Of a stretch of DNA of 13,721 nt, positions 1 through 8,941 are shown in pieces. Every line of letters starts with the position of its first letter. Within the stretch, counting starts at the first letter, position 1. The DNA is from Leptolyngbyaceae cyanobacterium. Its GTDB lineage: Bacteria > Cyanobacteriota > Cyanobacteriia > Phormidesmidales > Phormidesmidaceae. The position numbers were made by a program, and so were the translations under genes. The notes under the pieces are model-generated. The model did not search any database, was not told where the DNA came from, and saw nothing but the letters and a program-made list of their open reading frames with translations. The DNA is taken from NCBI GenBank assembly GCA_965263355.1, contig CBDHHL010000058.1, forward strand, positions 1 to 13,721, read 5' to 3'.

Positions 1-112
1 GTATCGTTTGAGAAGGGGATAAGTTTGCACTGGTGTAGTAACTAGACTAGATGGCTAGTCTCCCACGGCTATGAATAGCGAAATGCTGAAAGTAAGTAGC
101 GATTATCTTCAA

Positions 113-118
113 AGTCAA
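113..118 (-). promoter_or_regulatory. -35 box (TTGACT) at the IS110 right end, half of the circle-junction promoter
   Basis: Joining the ends at the CT core gives TTGACT-ttgaagataatcgcttg(17 nt)-TATGTT. Confidence 0.75.
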
Positions 119-123
119 GTTAT

Positions 124-483
<360 letters not shown>

Positions 484-496
484 CTATTCTCATGAC

Positions 497-528
497 TTCG
501 GCACTCAGTGATGCCAACTTCGGCACCT
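497..528 (+). repeat. IS21 right-end repeats (2 units; putative IstA binding sites)
   Basis: TTCGGCACTCAGTGATG at 497-513 and TTCGGCACCT at 519-528, the same unit as the left-end array in inverted orientation. Confidence 0.85.
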
Positions 529-636
529 CTACCTCAAGCATCCCAAAAAGAGTCTATTGGTCCAGGTAATAAAAGCATAATCTAGAGTTGCTTCACCGGG
601 TGCATCATTGACCGAAATTGAGGGTTAAAAATTCGA

Positions 637-1410
637 TTAATTCGAACTAGAAATTTCATTTTTGTCATCCTCGGTTTTAGGCGTGAGTTGACTGGTAAGT
701 TTGCGCATAGATTCGCCATTGAGAGTGAGTTTCAAAGAATCATGAACAATGCGGTCAAGAATGGCATCGGCGAGGGTGGAGTCTTGGATTTTTGGATGCC
801 AATCTTTGATGGGAAATTGAGAGGCAAACAGACAGGAGGCTTGCCGATAGCGGTCATCGAGGAAATCGAGTAGTTCGCGAGCGTCATTGGGGGTTAGGGG
901 ATCTCTAAGCCATTCATCTAAAATGAGCAAATCGAAGGAAGCCAACTGCTTACGGAATTTAGGAAAGGAGCCGTCAGCTTTAGCGAATTTAAGTTCGGTA
1001 ATGAGATTGGCGGTTTTGAAATAACGCACGGTGTGCCCCTGTTTACAAAGATGGTCGGCCAGGGTGCACGCGAGAAACGTTTTTCCTACTCCCGTCGGCC
1101 CCACCATAATGAGATGAAGATGTTGGCAAAGCCATTGCCCTTGGGTCCATTCGAGAAATTGAGCTTTGTGGAGTCCCCGTGGCACCTTAAAATCGACCTC
1201 GCTCAAGGCGGCCCCAATAAAGAGTTGGGCTTGCTTGAGGCGTCGTTTGAGTCGTTGATTTTGGCGTCGCAAATACTCCCGTTCGACGAGCAAGGCAAAG
1301 CGCTCATCAAAACTCAGATCGTGGTAGGTGGGCTGTTCGTGCTGTTCACACCAGGCCTCCAGTAAGCCCGTGAGTCGTAAGTCTTTAAGTTGGTCAATGG
1401 TGGATTGCAT
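637..1410 (-). CDS. istB: IS21-like element helper AAA+ ATPase IstB
   Basis: Walker A GPTGVGKT, Walker B LLILDEW, ADAILDRIVH and GESMR motifs; directly downstream of istA. Confidence 0.97.
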   Translation of the reverse strand: MQSTIDQLKDLRLTGLLEAWCEQHEQPTYHDLSFDERFALLVEREYLRRQNQRLKRRLKQAQLFIGAALSEVDFKVPRGLHKAQFLEWTQGQWLCQHLHLIMVGPTGVGKTFLACTLADHLCKQGHTVRYFKTANLITELKFAKADGSFPKFRKQLASFDLLILDEWLRDPLTPNDARELLDFLDDRYRQASCLFASQFPIKDWHPKIQDSTLADAILDRIVHDSLKLTLNGESMRKLTSQLTPKTEDDKNEISSSN

Positions 1411-1433
1411 TAGAGGACTCCATAAACGGACTA

Positions 1434-2978
1434 TCAGTTGTAGTAAGCACTGCCACGAACATTGTCGTGGTCACTACTGGGAAGGGGTGGCACCTCGACA
1501 AGCACAGGCGTTTGGTCAAGATGATGTTGGAGAATATGCTTAAGTCGCCGATACCCAGACATGCCGAGGGTATTGGCGCGTTTACACGCATCTTCTAGGC
1601 GTTCGCTGCCATAGCGGGTGGCTAAGCTTTGCAGTCCTTTAAGAGACCGAAAGGCTTGTTCATCGTGGTCTTTGCTTTTGAAGATCGCCTCGACTTGAGT
1701 GTGGGTGTGGGGACCGATCTGATGCGCCCACGCGACAAACGTTTCTTTCGATTGACGGTTGTACGCCCAGTGTTCCGGCGGCATATGATGGTCTAGAGTG
1801 GTATGGCGATAGGGAGCCACACACCGGGCATGGGTGGCAATCCGCTGGTTATCATAAAACACCTCCACCAAGTGCTCTGTGGTTTTGACCATCACCGGAT
1901 GCCCCACATGCCAATAGGGCACCGAATAATAGTGTTTATCGAGGCTAATGTGATAATCCGGGGATACTTTGGCCTGCTTCCAGGTAGCAAAGACAAACGG
2001 ATACTTCGGTAAGGGCTTAAGCGCCCCCTGGTCTACCTGCTCGAACAGCTCACGGCGTGACATACCATAGGCATACATCGTCCGGTCATTGAGTTGTTTG
2101 AGTAACGGTCGAATCGCGTCATTGAGGTCACTGAGCCGATAGAAGGTTTGGTTGCGTAAGCGAGCCAGAATTTGACGTTCCACTTCTTGCACCGCTTTTT
2201 CCACCTTCGATTTATCTCGCGGAGCCTTGGGTCTAGCGGGCACCACAGCGACTTGATAATGCTCGGCAAACCCTTGATAGCTCCGGTTAATGCCCGGTTC
2301 ATACCGACAGGGATCCGTCACCCCTGATTTCAAATTGTCCGGTATAATCTCCTCGGGTACCCCCCCAAAGAACTCAAGGGCGCGTTGATGAGACCCCAGC
2401 CAATTGGCCAGAGTTTGGCTCTCGGTCGCTTCGGCAAACGTATAGTTACTGGCTCCCAAGCAGGCGACAAAGATTTGTACCGCTCTCACTTCGCCGGTGA
2501 CTGGATGGGTGAGCGTCAGGGTCATCCCACAATAATCCACCAACATTTTTTCCCCACCTCGATAGGTCTGACGCATGGAAAGTTTCTGAGTGCCTTTCCA
2601 TCGGTTATAGCGACGACAAAATTGACCATAACTGATGCTCCAATCGCCCCGGTCTAACCCTTCTTGCCACAGCAAAGCCAGGGTCACCCCTTTACGACTG
2701 AGTTCTCGATAGACCGGGGCAAAATCGATCTCTGTTTTGCTGAGCGATGACGCGCTTTGCTTGCCCAACCTCTGGTGAGCCTCACTATCGCTGAGTCCTT
2801 GAAGCTCCTCATAGTTCAGGCCTTTGGCTGTTGCTCGACGGATGTAGTCTTGGACCGTCGAGCGCGCAACCGCGCAACTACGCGCGATTTGGGTTTGGTT
2901 ATACCCCAAAGCGTGCAGACGAATGATTTCTCTAAATTTCTCCATAGACAGTAATTTTCCTTGTTGTTTTTTCGTCAT
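1434..2978 (-). CDS. istA: IS21-family DDE transposase IstA
   Basis: N-terminal HTH (QTQIARSCAVARSTVQDY), catalytic VDYCG / PDNLKSGV / KSKVEKAV, YYSVP motif, C-terminal HDNVRGSAYY. The true start may be the second Met (MEKFREII). Confidence 0.97.
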   Translation of the reverse strand: MTKKQQGKLLSMEKFREIIRLHALGYNQTQIARSCAVARSTVQDYIRRATAKGLNYEELQGLSDSEAHQRLGKQSASSLSKTEIDFAPVYRELSRKGVTLALLWQEGLDRGDWSISYGQFCRRYNRWKGTQKLSMRQTYRGGEKMLVDYCGMTLTLTHPVTGEVRAVQIFVACLGASNYTFAEATESQTLANWLGSHQRALEFFGGVPEEIIPDNLKSGVTDPCRYEPGINRSYQGFAEHYQVAVVPARPKAPRDKSKVEKAVQEVERQILARLRNQTFYRLSDLNDAIRPLLKQLNDRTMYAYGMSRRELFEQVDQGALKPLPKYPFVFATWKQAKVSPDYHISLDKHYYSVPYWHVGHPVMVKTTEHLVEVFYDNQRIATHARCVAPYRHTTLDHHMPPEHWAYNRQSKETFVAWAHQIGPHTHTQVEAIFKSKDHDEQAFRSLKGLQSLATRYGSERLEDACKRANTLGMSGYRRLKHILQHHLDQTPVLVEVPPLPSSDHDNVRGSAYYN

Positions 2979-3070
2979 TGGGGCTCATTAACCTCACGTT
3001 CTTGTGCGAACGCAGTCTAATGGCCTCCGATGCATCGGGATAAATTACCTGTCCAAATAGATCTTATTTT

Positions 3071-3282
3071 GATGTCGAAGTACGCATCACTCAGGTGCCG
3101 AAGTAACATCATTCAGGTGCCGAAGCTGACATCACTCAGGTGCCGAAGTAACATCACTCAGGTGCCGAAGCTGACATCATTCAGGTGCCGGAACATCATC
3201 ATTTAGATGCCGAAGCCACATCACTCAGGTGCCGAAGTTGACGTCATTCAGATGCCGGAATAAACATCATTGGGGTGCCGAA
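3071..3282 (-). repeat. IS21 left-end tandem array: 9 full + 1 degenerate units, consensus TTCGGCACCTGARTGATG, period 22-23 bp
   Basis: Units read directly from the sequence; linkers are only 4-5 nt; the same array is present at 10625-10836. Confidence 0.93.
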
Positions 3283-3299
3283 GTACACATCATTTTGCA

Positions 3300-3307
3300 G
3301 TGGATAC
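3300..3307 (+). repeat. 8-bp target-site duplication of IS21 copy 1 (GTGGATAC), right copy
   Basis: Identical to 473-480 and directly abuts the CA terminus at 3298-3299. Confidence 0.95.
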
Positions 3308-3928
3308 AATGGGACCAATCCCTTTAGGGGATTGTAATAGCACTTTTCGCTGTCGCCATTCTGCTTTGGTCTCACTTAGACGTTCAATATCTTTATCGAG
3401 TTGTTGTATCTGCTCTGTAAGCCAATCGATATGGGTTTGAACACTATCTTTGAGTTTCCCTTTGAGTTGCTGTCGGCGATTCTTCTCAGCCGATAAGATC
3501 CCAACCAGTTGTGACCGACGAGTAACCCAAGCTTTGAGTTCTCTTTCGACCTCTGAGGCAAAGACCGTTGCCGCTGGTGTCATGACTTGACCAAAGTGCG
3601 CCAGCACATAGGCATCGAGTGCATCCGTTTTGGCAAGTTTATTCATGGCCTTAGCGAAGTCACGCACGGGCCGAGGATTGACAACGCTGATTCGAATACC
3701 AGCGTGATACAGCGTGAGCGCCATCAAAACCTCATAGCCACCGGTTGATTCACAGACAACCCCGACATTAGTCTGACCGGCTATGGACTGCTTGAGCGAT
3801 TCAATTCCATCTAAGTCGTTACGAAACGTTGATAGCCTTTGTGTCGCTAGCTCGTAGACATCCAGTTTATCTTTACTGACATCAATGCCAACCCAGTTCA
3901 ACTCAGCAGTCGCTGATTGTGATTGCAT
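3300..3928 (-). pseudogene. N-terminal half (DEDD RuvC-like domain and coiled coil) of the IS110 recombinase
   Basis: Motifs GIDVSK, CESTG, VNPRPVRDF and KTDALDA (D-E-D-D); RBS AAGGAGG upstream. The rejoined gene reads ...[18 protein letters not shown]... and is 978 nt (325 aa). Confidence 0.95.
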
Positions 3929-3964
3929 GCATACACCTCCTTAAAAGGGAACGCTTGGGGGACT

Positions 3965-4120
3965 CCATCCTCTGCACTCTTTCTTGCAAGATACGGTCTC
4001 CGAATCGGAACCTGGCGATTTTTCGAGTTCTCAGAGCGATGAATTGAAGCAGTGACTCTAGCTACTTAACGGACTATGAAACGGGTTCATGACCTAGGTG
4101 GTATCGGTCTACTGCTTCCT
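3965..4120 (-). ncRNA. IS110 bridge RNA (target-binding loop followed by donor-binding loop)
   Basis: Two stem-internal-loop-hairpin modules: stem 4111-4118/4046-4053 with inner hairpin 4076-4090, and stem ~4025-4036/3970-3979 with inner hairpin ~3995-4012. The loops contain sequences matching the flanks (CCACCT, TAAGTAG) and the element ends (AAAATCGC, TGCAAG). Boundaries are approximate. Confidence 0.82.
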
Positions 4121-4125
4121 TATTC

Positions 4126-4131
4126 AACATA
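4126..4131 (-). promoter_or_regulatory. -10 box (TATGTT) at the IS110 left end, half of the circle-junction promoter
   Basis: Lies exactly 17 nt from TTGACT in the reconstructed circle and just upstream of the first bridge RNA stem. Confidence 0.7.
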
Positions 4132-4335
4132 CAAGGTGGCCAAAACTATTCAATATCTCGAATGCTGCCAGACAAGCAGCTTAGCGATTCAGAACTACGT
4201 TTACTTATGGCTATCTACTTATTATTTATAAGTGTGTTTAAGAAGTTAATCATTGCCACTTAAGTTTATCGTATCAAAACATTACTGCCAGACGGTATGT
4301 GACATCTAAGGCAGACTGTACAGAGACTAGAATTT

Positions 4336-7320
4336 TTAAGAAGAGGTAGACAGTCTTCTCTTTACCTCCTCCAGCATAGATTGAGTTTTAGTTAAATCAG
4401 GGTGTGTTTCAGGAAATTTTCTTATGTTGATTGCCAAAGCTTTAGAGAAATACTGTAGGGCTTCTTCTAACATATTCTGACTAAAGTAGAGTTCTCCATG
4501 GTTATAGTAGCTTTTAGCAATCAACTCATGATCTGGTTGTAGTTTCTGTAAGAATATACTTAGAGCCTTGCCGTTATATTCTTGACTTCTTTTATAATCC
4601 CCTATATTTGTATATAGCTTCCCTAGATTATTGAAGATAATAGCTAAATTTGGATGCTCTTCTCCAAGTAGTTGTTCCAGTATTTCTAGTGCTTTTTGCC
4701 AAGGCTGTTTTGCTAGCTGATACAGTCCTTGTTTTTCATAGACCATAGCCAGACTATTAAGGCTAGAGGCCACCTCTATGTGTTGTTCTCCAAGTAGTCG
4801 CTTTCGCATCTCTAATGCCTTTTTACAGAGCGGTTCTGCTAGCTGATACTGCCCTTGTTTTTCATAGACCACAGCCAGATTATCAATAATAGTAGCTACC
4901 TCTAGATGTTCTTCTCCAAGCCGTTGTTTTTTTAGCTCTAGTACCTCTTGATAGAGAGCCTCCGCTAGCTGGTACTGTCCTTGTTTAAGGGACAGTCTGG
5001 CCAGACTATTAAGGCTAGAGGCCACCTCTATGTGTTGCTCTCCATGGAGCTGCTTTCGCATCTCTAATACCTCTTGATAGAGCAGTTCTGCTAGCTGATA
5101 CTGCCCTTGCTTTTCATAGACCACAGCCAGATTATTAAGGCTAGAGGCCACCTCTATATGTTGTTCTCCATGGAGTTGCTTTCGCATCTCTAATGCGTTT
5201 TTGTAGAGCGGTTCTGCTAGCTGATACTGCCCTTGTTTTTCATAGACCACAGCCAGATTATTAAGGCTAGAGGCCACCTCTACATGTTGTTCTCCATGGA
5301 GTTGCTTTTTTAGCTCTAACATCTTTTTACAGAGTGGTTCTGCTAGCTGATACTGCCCTTGTTTTCCATAGACTACAGCCAGATTATTAAGGCTAATTGC
5401 CACCTCTGGATGTTGTTCTCCAAATAGTCGCTTTCGCATCTCTAATGCCTCTTTATGAAGCGATTCTGCTAGCTGATACCGTCCTTGATAAAAGTAGAGT
5501 ACAGCTAAATTATTGAGGCTGGTAGCCACCTCTGGATGTTCTTCTCCAAGTAGTCGCTTTTTCTCTAGCGCTTTTTTATAGAGCGGTTCTGCTAGCTGAT
5601 ACTGCCCTTGTTTTTCATAGACCACAGCCAGATTATTAAAGCTAATTGCCACATCGGGATGCTCATCGCCGAGCAGCCGCTCTCGCATCTCTAACGCTCT
5701 TCTACAGAGCGGCTCTGCTAAATGATACTGTTCTTGTGCAGAGTAGAATTCTGCCAGATTATTTAGGCTAGAGGCCACATCGGGATGCTCATCGCCGAGC
5801 AGCTGCTCTCGCATCTCCAACGCCTTTCTTAGGAGAGGTTCTGCTAGCTGATGCCGTCCTTGTCTAAAGTAGAGTCCGGCTAAACTATTAAGGCTAGAGG
5901 CCACATCGGGATGCTCATCGCCGAGCAGCCGCTCTCGCATCTCCAACGCCTTTCTTAGGAGAGGTTCTGCTAGCTGATGCCGTCCTTGTCTAAAGTAGAG
6001 TCCGGCTAAACTATTAAGGCTAGAGGCCACATCGGGATGCTCATCGCCGAGCAGCTGCTCTCGCATCTCTAACGCTCTTCTACAGAGCGGCTCTGCTAAA
6101 TGATACTGTCCTTGTCTAAAGTAGAGTCCGGCTAAACTATTAAGGCTAGAGGCCACATCGGGATGCTCATCGCCGAGCAGCTGCTCTCGCATCTCTAACG
6201 CTCTTCTACAGAGCGGCTCTGCTAAATGATACTGTCCTTGTGTAGAGTAGAATTCTGCCAAACTATTAAGGCTAGTGGCCACATCGGGATGCTCATCGCC
6301 GAGCAGCTGCTCTCGCATCTCTAACACCTTTTTATAGAGTGACTCTGTCAGACTATATCGTCCTTGTGCAGAGTAGAGTCCGGCTAGATTGTTGAGGCTA
6401 ACGGCCACAGATAAATGTTGTTCTCCAAGTAGGCGCTTATGCATCTCTAACGCCTCTCTATAGAGCGGTTCTGCCAGACTATATCGTCCTTGTTTAGAGT
6501 AGAGTCCGGCTAGATTGTTGAGGTTAGTGGCCACATCGGGATGCTCATCGCCGAGCAGCCGCTTATGCATCTCTAATGCCTCTTTATAGAGCGGTTCTGC
6601 CAGACTATATCGTCCTTGTGCAGAGTAGAGTCCGGCTAGATTGTTGAGATTAGTGGCTACACTGGGATGCTCATCGCCGAGCAGCCGCTTTCGCATCTCT
6701 AACGCCTCTCTTAGGAGAGGTTCTGCTAATTCATATCGTCCTTGGTCAAAGTAGAGTCCGGCTAAACTATGGAGGCTAGTGGCCACATCGAGATGCTCAT
6801 CGCCGAGCAGCCGCTTTCGCATCTCTAACGCCCCTCTTAGGAGGGGTTCTGCTAACTCATATCGTCCTTGTGTAGAGTAAAATACTGCTAGATTATTGAA
6901 GCTAACGGCTACATAAGGATGTTCTGGACCAAACCTCTCCTCTGTAAATCTCTTAGCTTTTCTTGCAATAGAAATTGCCTTGTCAAGATCTCCTGAGTAT
7001 TGATAGAGATGAGTTAAAGAGATTAAAAACGATATGATTACATCATCTTCTATTTCTATTAGATTTAGGTTTAGGTAAGCTTTTTCAATCAACTTCAACC
7101 TACGTTTATATCTAGAGAAATCCCCAGGAGAACTATACCTGCTTAGCCTTGGGATCTTCCTTATTGTACTTTTAATAGCCTCCTCCTCAATGAAGTTGAG
7201 CCATTGTTGCCTATCTTTCTCTACTGCTTTGCTTCTAAAAAAATCTCTTATAAGAGCATGATAAGTGTAACCGTTTGATTCATCTTGATCGTTACTCCTT
7301 GAAAGTAGGCTATGATTCAC
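4336..7320 (-). CDS. TPR-repeat protein (about 21 42-aa kinesin-light-chain-type TPRs), probably the C-terminal part of a frameshifted NB-ARC-TPR (NLR-like) protein
   Basis: Repeated GDEHPDVAxSLNNLAxLYxxQGxYxLAEPLxxxALEMRxxLL. The N-terminus LVNHSLL...YTYHALIRDFF resembles the end of the winged-helix (MHD-like) region of STAND proteins. Confidence 0.9.
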   Translation of the reverse strand: MNHSLLSRSNDQDESNGYTYHALIRDFFRSKAVEKDRQQWLNFIEEEAIKSTIRKIPRLSRYSSPGDFSRYKRRLKLIEKAYLNLNLIEIEDDVIISFLISLTHLYQYSGDLDKAISIARKAKRFTEERFGPEHPYVAVSFNNLAVFYSTQGRYELAEPLLRGALEMRKRLLGDEHLDVATSLHSLAGLYFDQGRYELAEPLLREALEMRKRLLGDEHPSVATNLNNLAGLYSAQGRYSLAEPLYKEALEMHKRLLGDEHPDVATNLNNLAGLYSKQGRYSLAEPLYREALEMHKRLLGEQHLSVAVSLNNLAGLYSAQGRYSLTESLYKKVLEMREQLLGDEHPDVATSLNSLAEFYSTQGQYHLAEPLCRRALEMREQLLGDEHPDVASSLNSLAGLYFRQGQYHLAEPLCRRALEMREQLLGDEHPDVASSLNSLAGLYFRQGRHQLAEPLLRKALEMRERLLGDEHPDVASSLNSLAGLYFRQGRHQLAEPLLRKALEMREQLLGDEHPDVASSLNNLAEFYSAQEQYHLAEPLCRRALEMRERLLGDEHPDVAISFNNLAVVYEKQGQYQLAEPLYKKALEKKRLLGEEHPEVATSLNNLAVLYFYQGRYQLAESLHKEALEMRKRLFGEQHPEVAISLNNLAVVYGKQGQYQLAEPLCKKMLELKKQLHGEQHVEVASSLNNLAVVYEKQGQYQLAEPLYKNALEMRKQLHGEQHIEVASSLNNLAVVYEKQGQYQLAELLYQEVLEMRKQLHGEQHIEVASSLNSLARLSLKQGQYQLAEALYQEVLELKKQRLGEEHLEVATIIDNLAVVYEKQGQYQLAEPLCKKALEMRKRLLGEQHIEVASSLNSLAMVYEKQGLYQLAKQPWQKALEILEQLLGEEHPNLAIIFNNLGKLYTNIGDYKRSQEYNGKALSIFLQKLQPDHELIAKSYYNHGELYFSQNMLEEALQYFSKALAINIRKFPETHPDLTKTQSMLEEVKRRLSTSS
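4666..6930 (-). repeat. 18 tandem ~126-bp coding repeats with high internal DNA identity
   Basis: Recurrent blocks such as GCCACATCGGGATGCTCATCGCCGAGCAG at 126-nt spacing; unit 11 is one codon shorter. Confidence 0.93.
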
Positions 7321-8861
7321 TAATTCTGCTCTTGCTGTACGTCGATCTCTCTGGTAAAACTGTAATCATCAAGCTCAGTAAATCCTTTTTCTAAAGCTTC
7401 GTCCACAACTTCCCAATCAACGAATGATGAAGGAAAGCATGTCAGTAGCTTGCTTACCATCTGAGTGAATGGTTTAAGCCTATTCCAGGTTAAATCAAAG
7501 ACTGCTCCAGCTCCTCGCTGGGCATCTGTAAATTGAGCTACGTCTTCAAGTGCGAGATCACCTATGAGACCTTCTTCCCCTGGTTTCCAATTTTGGCGTA
7601 AGGCTTTTAGTCTTTCCAGAGTATTTGTCAGTCTTTCAGCTACTCCTTCCGCTAAAAGGTAGCTTCCAAGTAGTCTTACAGCCAGGGGGAGTCTGTCCAT
7701 TACAGCTTCCCCTAGAATTTCCCTAGCTGCTTCTATCTCGTCATCGACCCGGTTGGGGCCAATCAAAGTTTTTAATTGTTCTAATGAGTCATTGAGGCTC
7801 GGCAGTTTCAGTTCGTATAGCTTAGCAATTGGGCCTAAAACAGTATAGCGACTAGTTACAAGGAAAGAGAACTTATTTTGAGCTTTAGGTCTGGCAACTA
7901 CTTCTCTTAGTTCTCGATTACTTTTAACATCGTCAAAGACAAAAAGAATTTTTTTGTCTCTTAGCTGTCTCCAGGCTTCATTTAGTTGATCTTCTGGAGC
8001 TATTATTTTTTCGTCGATGAAAACATTGAACCTCTTCGCAAAGCTCAGTATCTGGCTTATACGATAGTGGATCTCTTCAGTTTCTTCTTTTTGTGATGCT
8101 ATTTTATCTTTGCCTGCTTTTACCCAACAACGGCCATCAGGGTAGGTACTGGCGTATTCAACAGCGTATTCAACAGCAAGTCTACTTTTACCGATCCCAC
8201 CCATACCCGTCAGAGTAAGGCATTTAATGGGATCTTTACCCTTTAATAGTTCATGGATATTTTCTAGATCTTTAGTCCGTGTGAGGCCAGTAAATTCGAA
8301 TTGTGAAAGCTCACTGGGAAGGTTGTATTCTATGTCAGCAGGAGGGGAAGATAGCTCCTCTGTTTGAGTTTGAAGAGCTTTCTTGCTCTTTATTTCTTCG
8401 TGAATTTGCTTGCAAACTTTGAGAGGTGGGAGAGTTTCCTTAACTCTTTTAATATACTCATTAAAATGAGCAGTCCACTGTTCAAGCGAATCTGTAGGAC
8501 CAGTAAACTTAAGTACTCGTTCCCATCCTGGTTCTTTTAACTCTTCAATCGATTTCTCTTGCAGGTGTTCACAAAATATAGGAATTAAATTATTAGCAAG
8601 ATAGGAAAAATGATTTTTAAAGGTACCAAGTTTACGTTTTATTCCCCGGTAAGATTCAGATTTTTTGCTAAATTCTTTCAAAAACGACGAGACTGATTGA
8701 GTCCTTAGAATAATTGATGCAGGTTGCTTTTCTAGCTGTGATTTTTTATCTTTCAAGATATTTTCTTTATAGAGAAAAAAGACGAGATCTTGTAAGAACT
8801 CTTGTCTAGCATCAGCAAAGATGTATCCTCTATAGTCTTCTTGCTTACCGTCTTTATCCAT
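7320..8861 (-). CDS. NB-ARC (STAND, AP-ATPase) NTPase with an unassigned ~175-aa N-terminal domain
   Basis: NLP...FTG..R, Walker A GMGGIGKS, Walker B LFVFDDV, sensor FLVTSR, RLPLAVRLLG (GLPL-like), VFDLTWNRL. Confidence 0.9.
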   Translation of the reverse strand: MDKDGKQEDYRGYIFADARQEFLQDLVFFLYKENILKDKKSQLEKQPASIILRTQSVSSFLKEFSKKSESYRGIKRKLGTFKNHFSYLANNLIPIFCEHLQEKSIEELKEPGWERVLKFTGPTDSLEQWTAHFNEYIKRVKETLPPLKVCKQIHEEIKSKKALQTQTEELSSPPADIEYNLPSELSQFEFTGLTRTKDLENIHELLKGKDPIKCLTLTGMGGIGKSRLAVEYAVEYASTYPDGRCWVKAGKDKIASQKEETEEIHYRISQILSFAKRFNVFIDEKIIAPEDQLNEAWRQLRDKKILFVFDDVKSNRELREVVARPKAQNKFSFLVTSRYTVLGPIAKLYELKLPSLNDSLEQLKTLIGPNRVDDEIEAAREILGEAVMDRLPLAVRLLGSYLLAEGVAERLTNTLERLKALRQNWKPGEEGLIGDLALEDVAQFTDAQRGAGAVFDLTWNRLKPFTQMVSKLLTCFPSSFVDWEVVDEALEKGFTELDDYSFTREIDVQQEQN

Positions 8862-8941
8862 CTTTCAGGCAACTGCTTACATGGATCAAAGCTAGCAAAT
8901 AATAACTACGTTAAACGTCTATTTTAATTGAAATAAAAGTA

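Noticed and set aside
1..97. Gene or RNA interrupted by the IS110 (joining 1-99 to 4136 onward)
   Set aside because: The rejoined sequence gives only a 25-codon ORF from ATG 71 and two small hairpins, which is too little to call a feature.
688..2954. Short ORFs 688-873, 1033-1365, 1328-1543, 1394-1591, 1803-2012, 2033-2302, 2385-2657, 2757-2954
   Set aside because: Antisense or alternate-frame shadows of istA/istB with no recognisable motifs.
3376..3561. 61-aa alternate-frame ORF
   Set aside because: Lies within the IS110 recombinase gene and has no independent support.
4666..6930. Diversity-generating retroelement template/variable repeat pair
   Set aside because: No reverse transcriptase is in the window, the repeats are in-frame tandem coding units, and the differences are not adenine-restricted.
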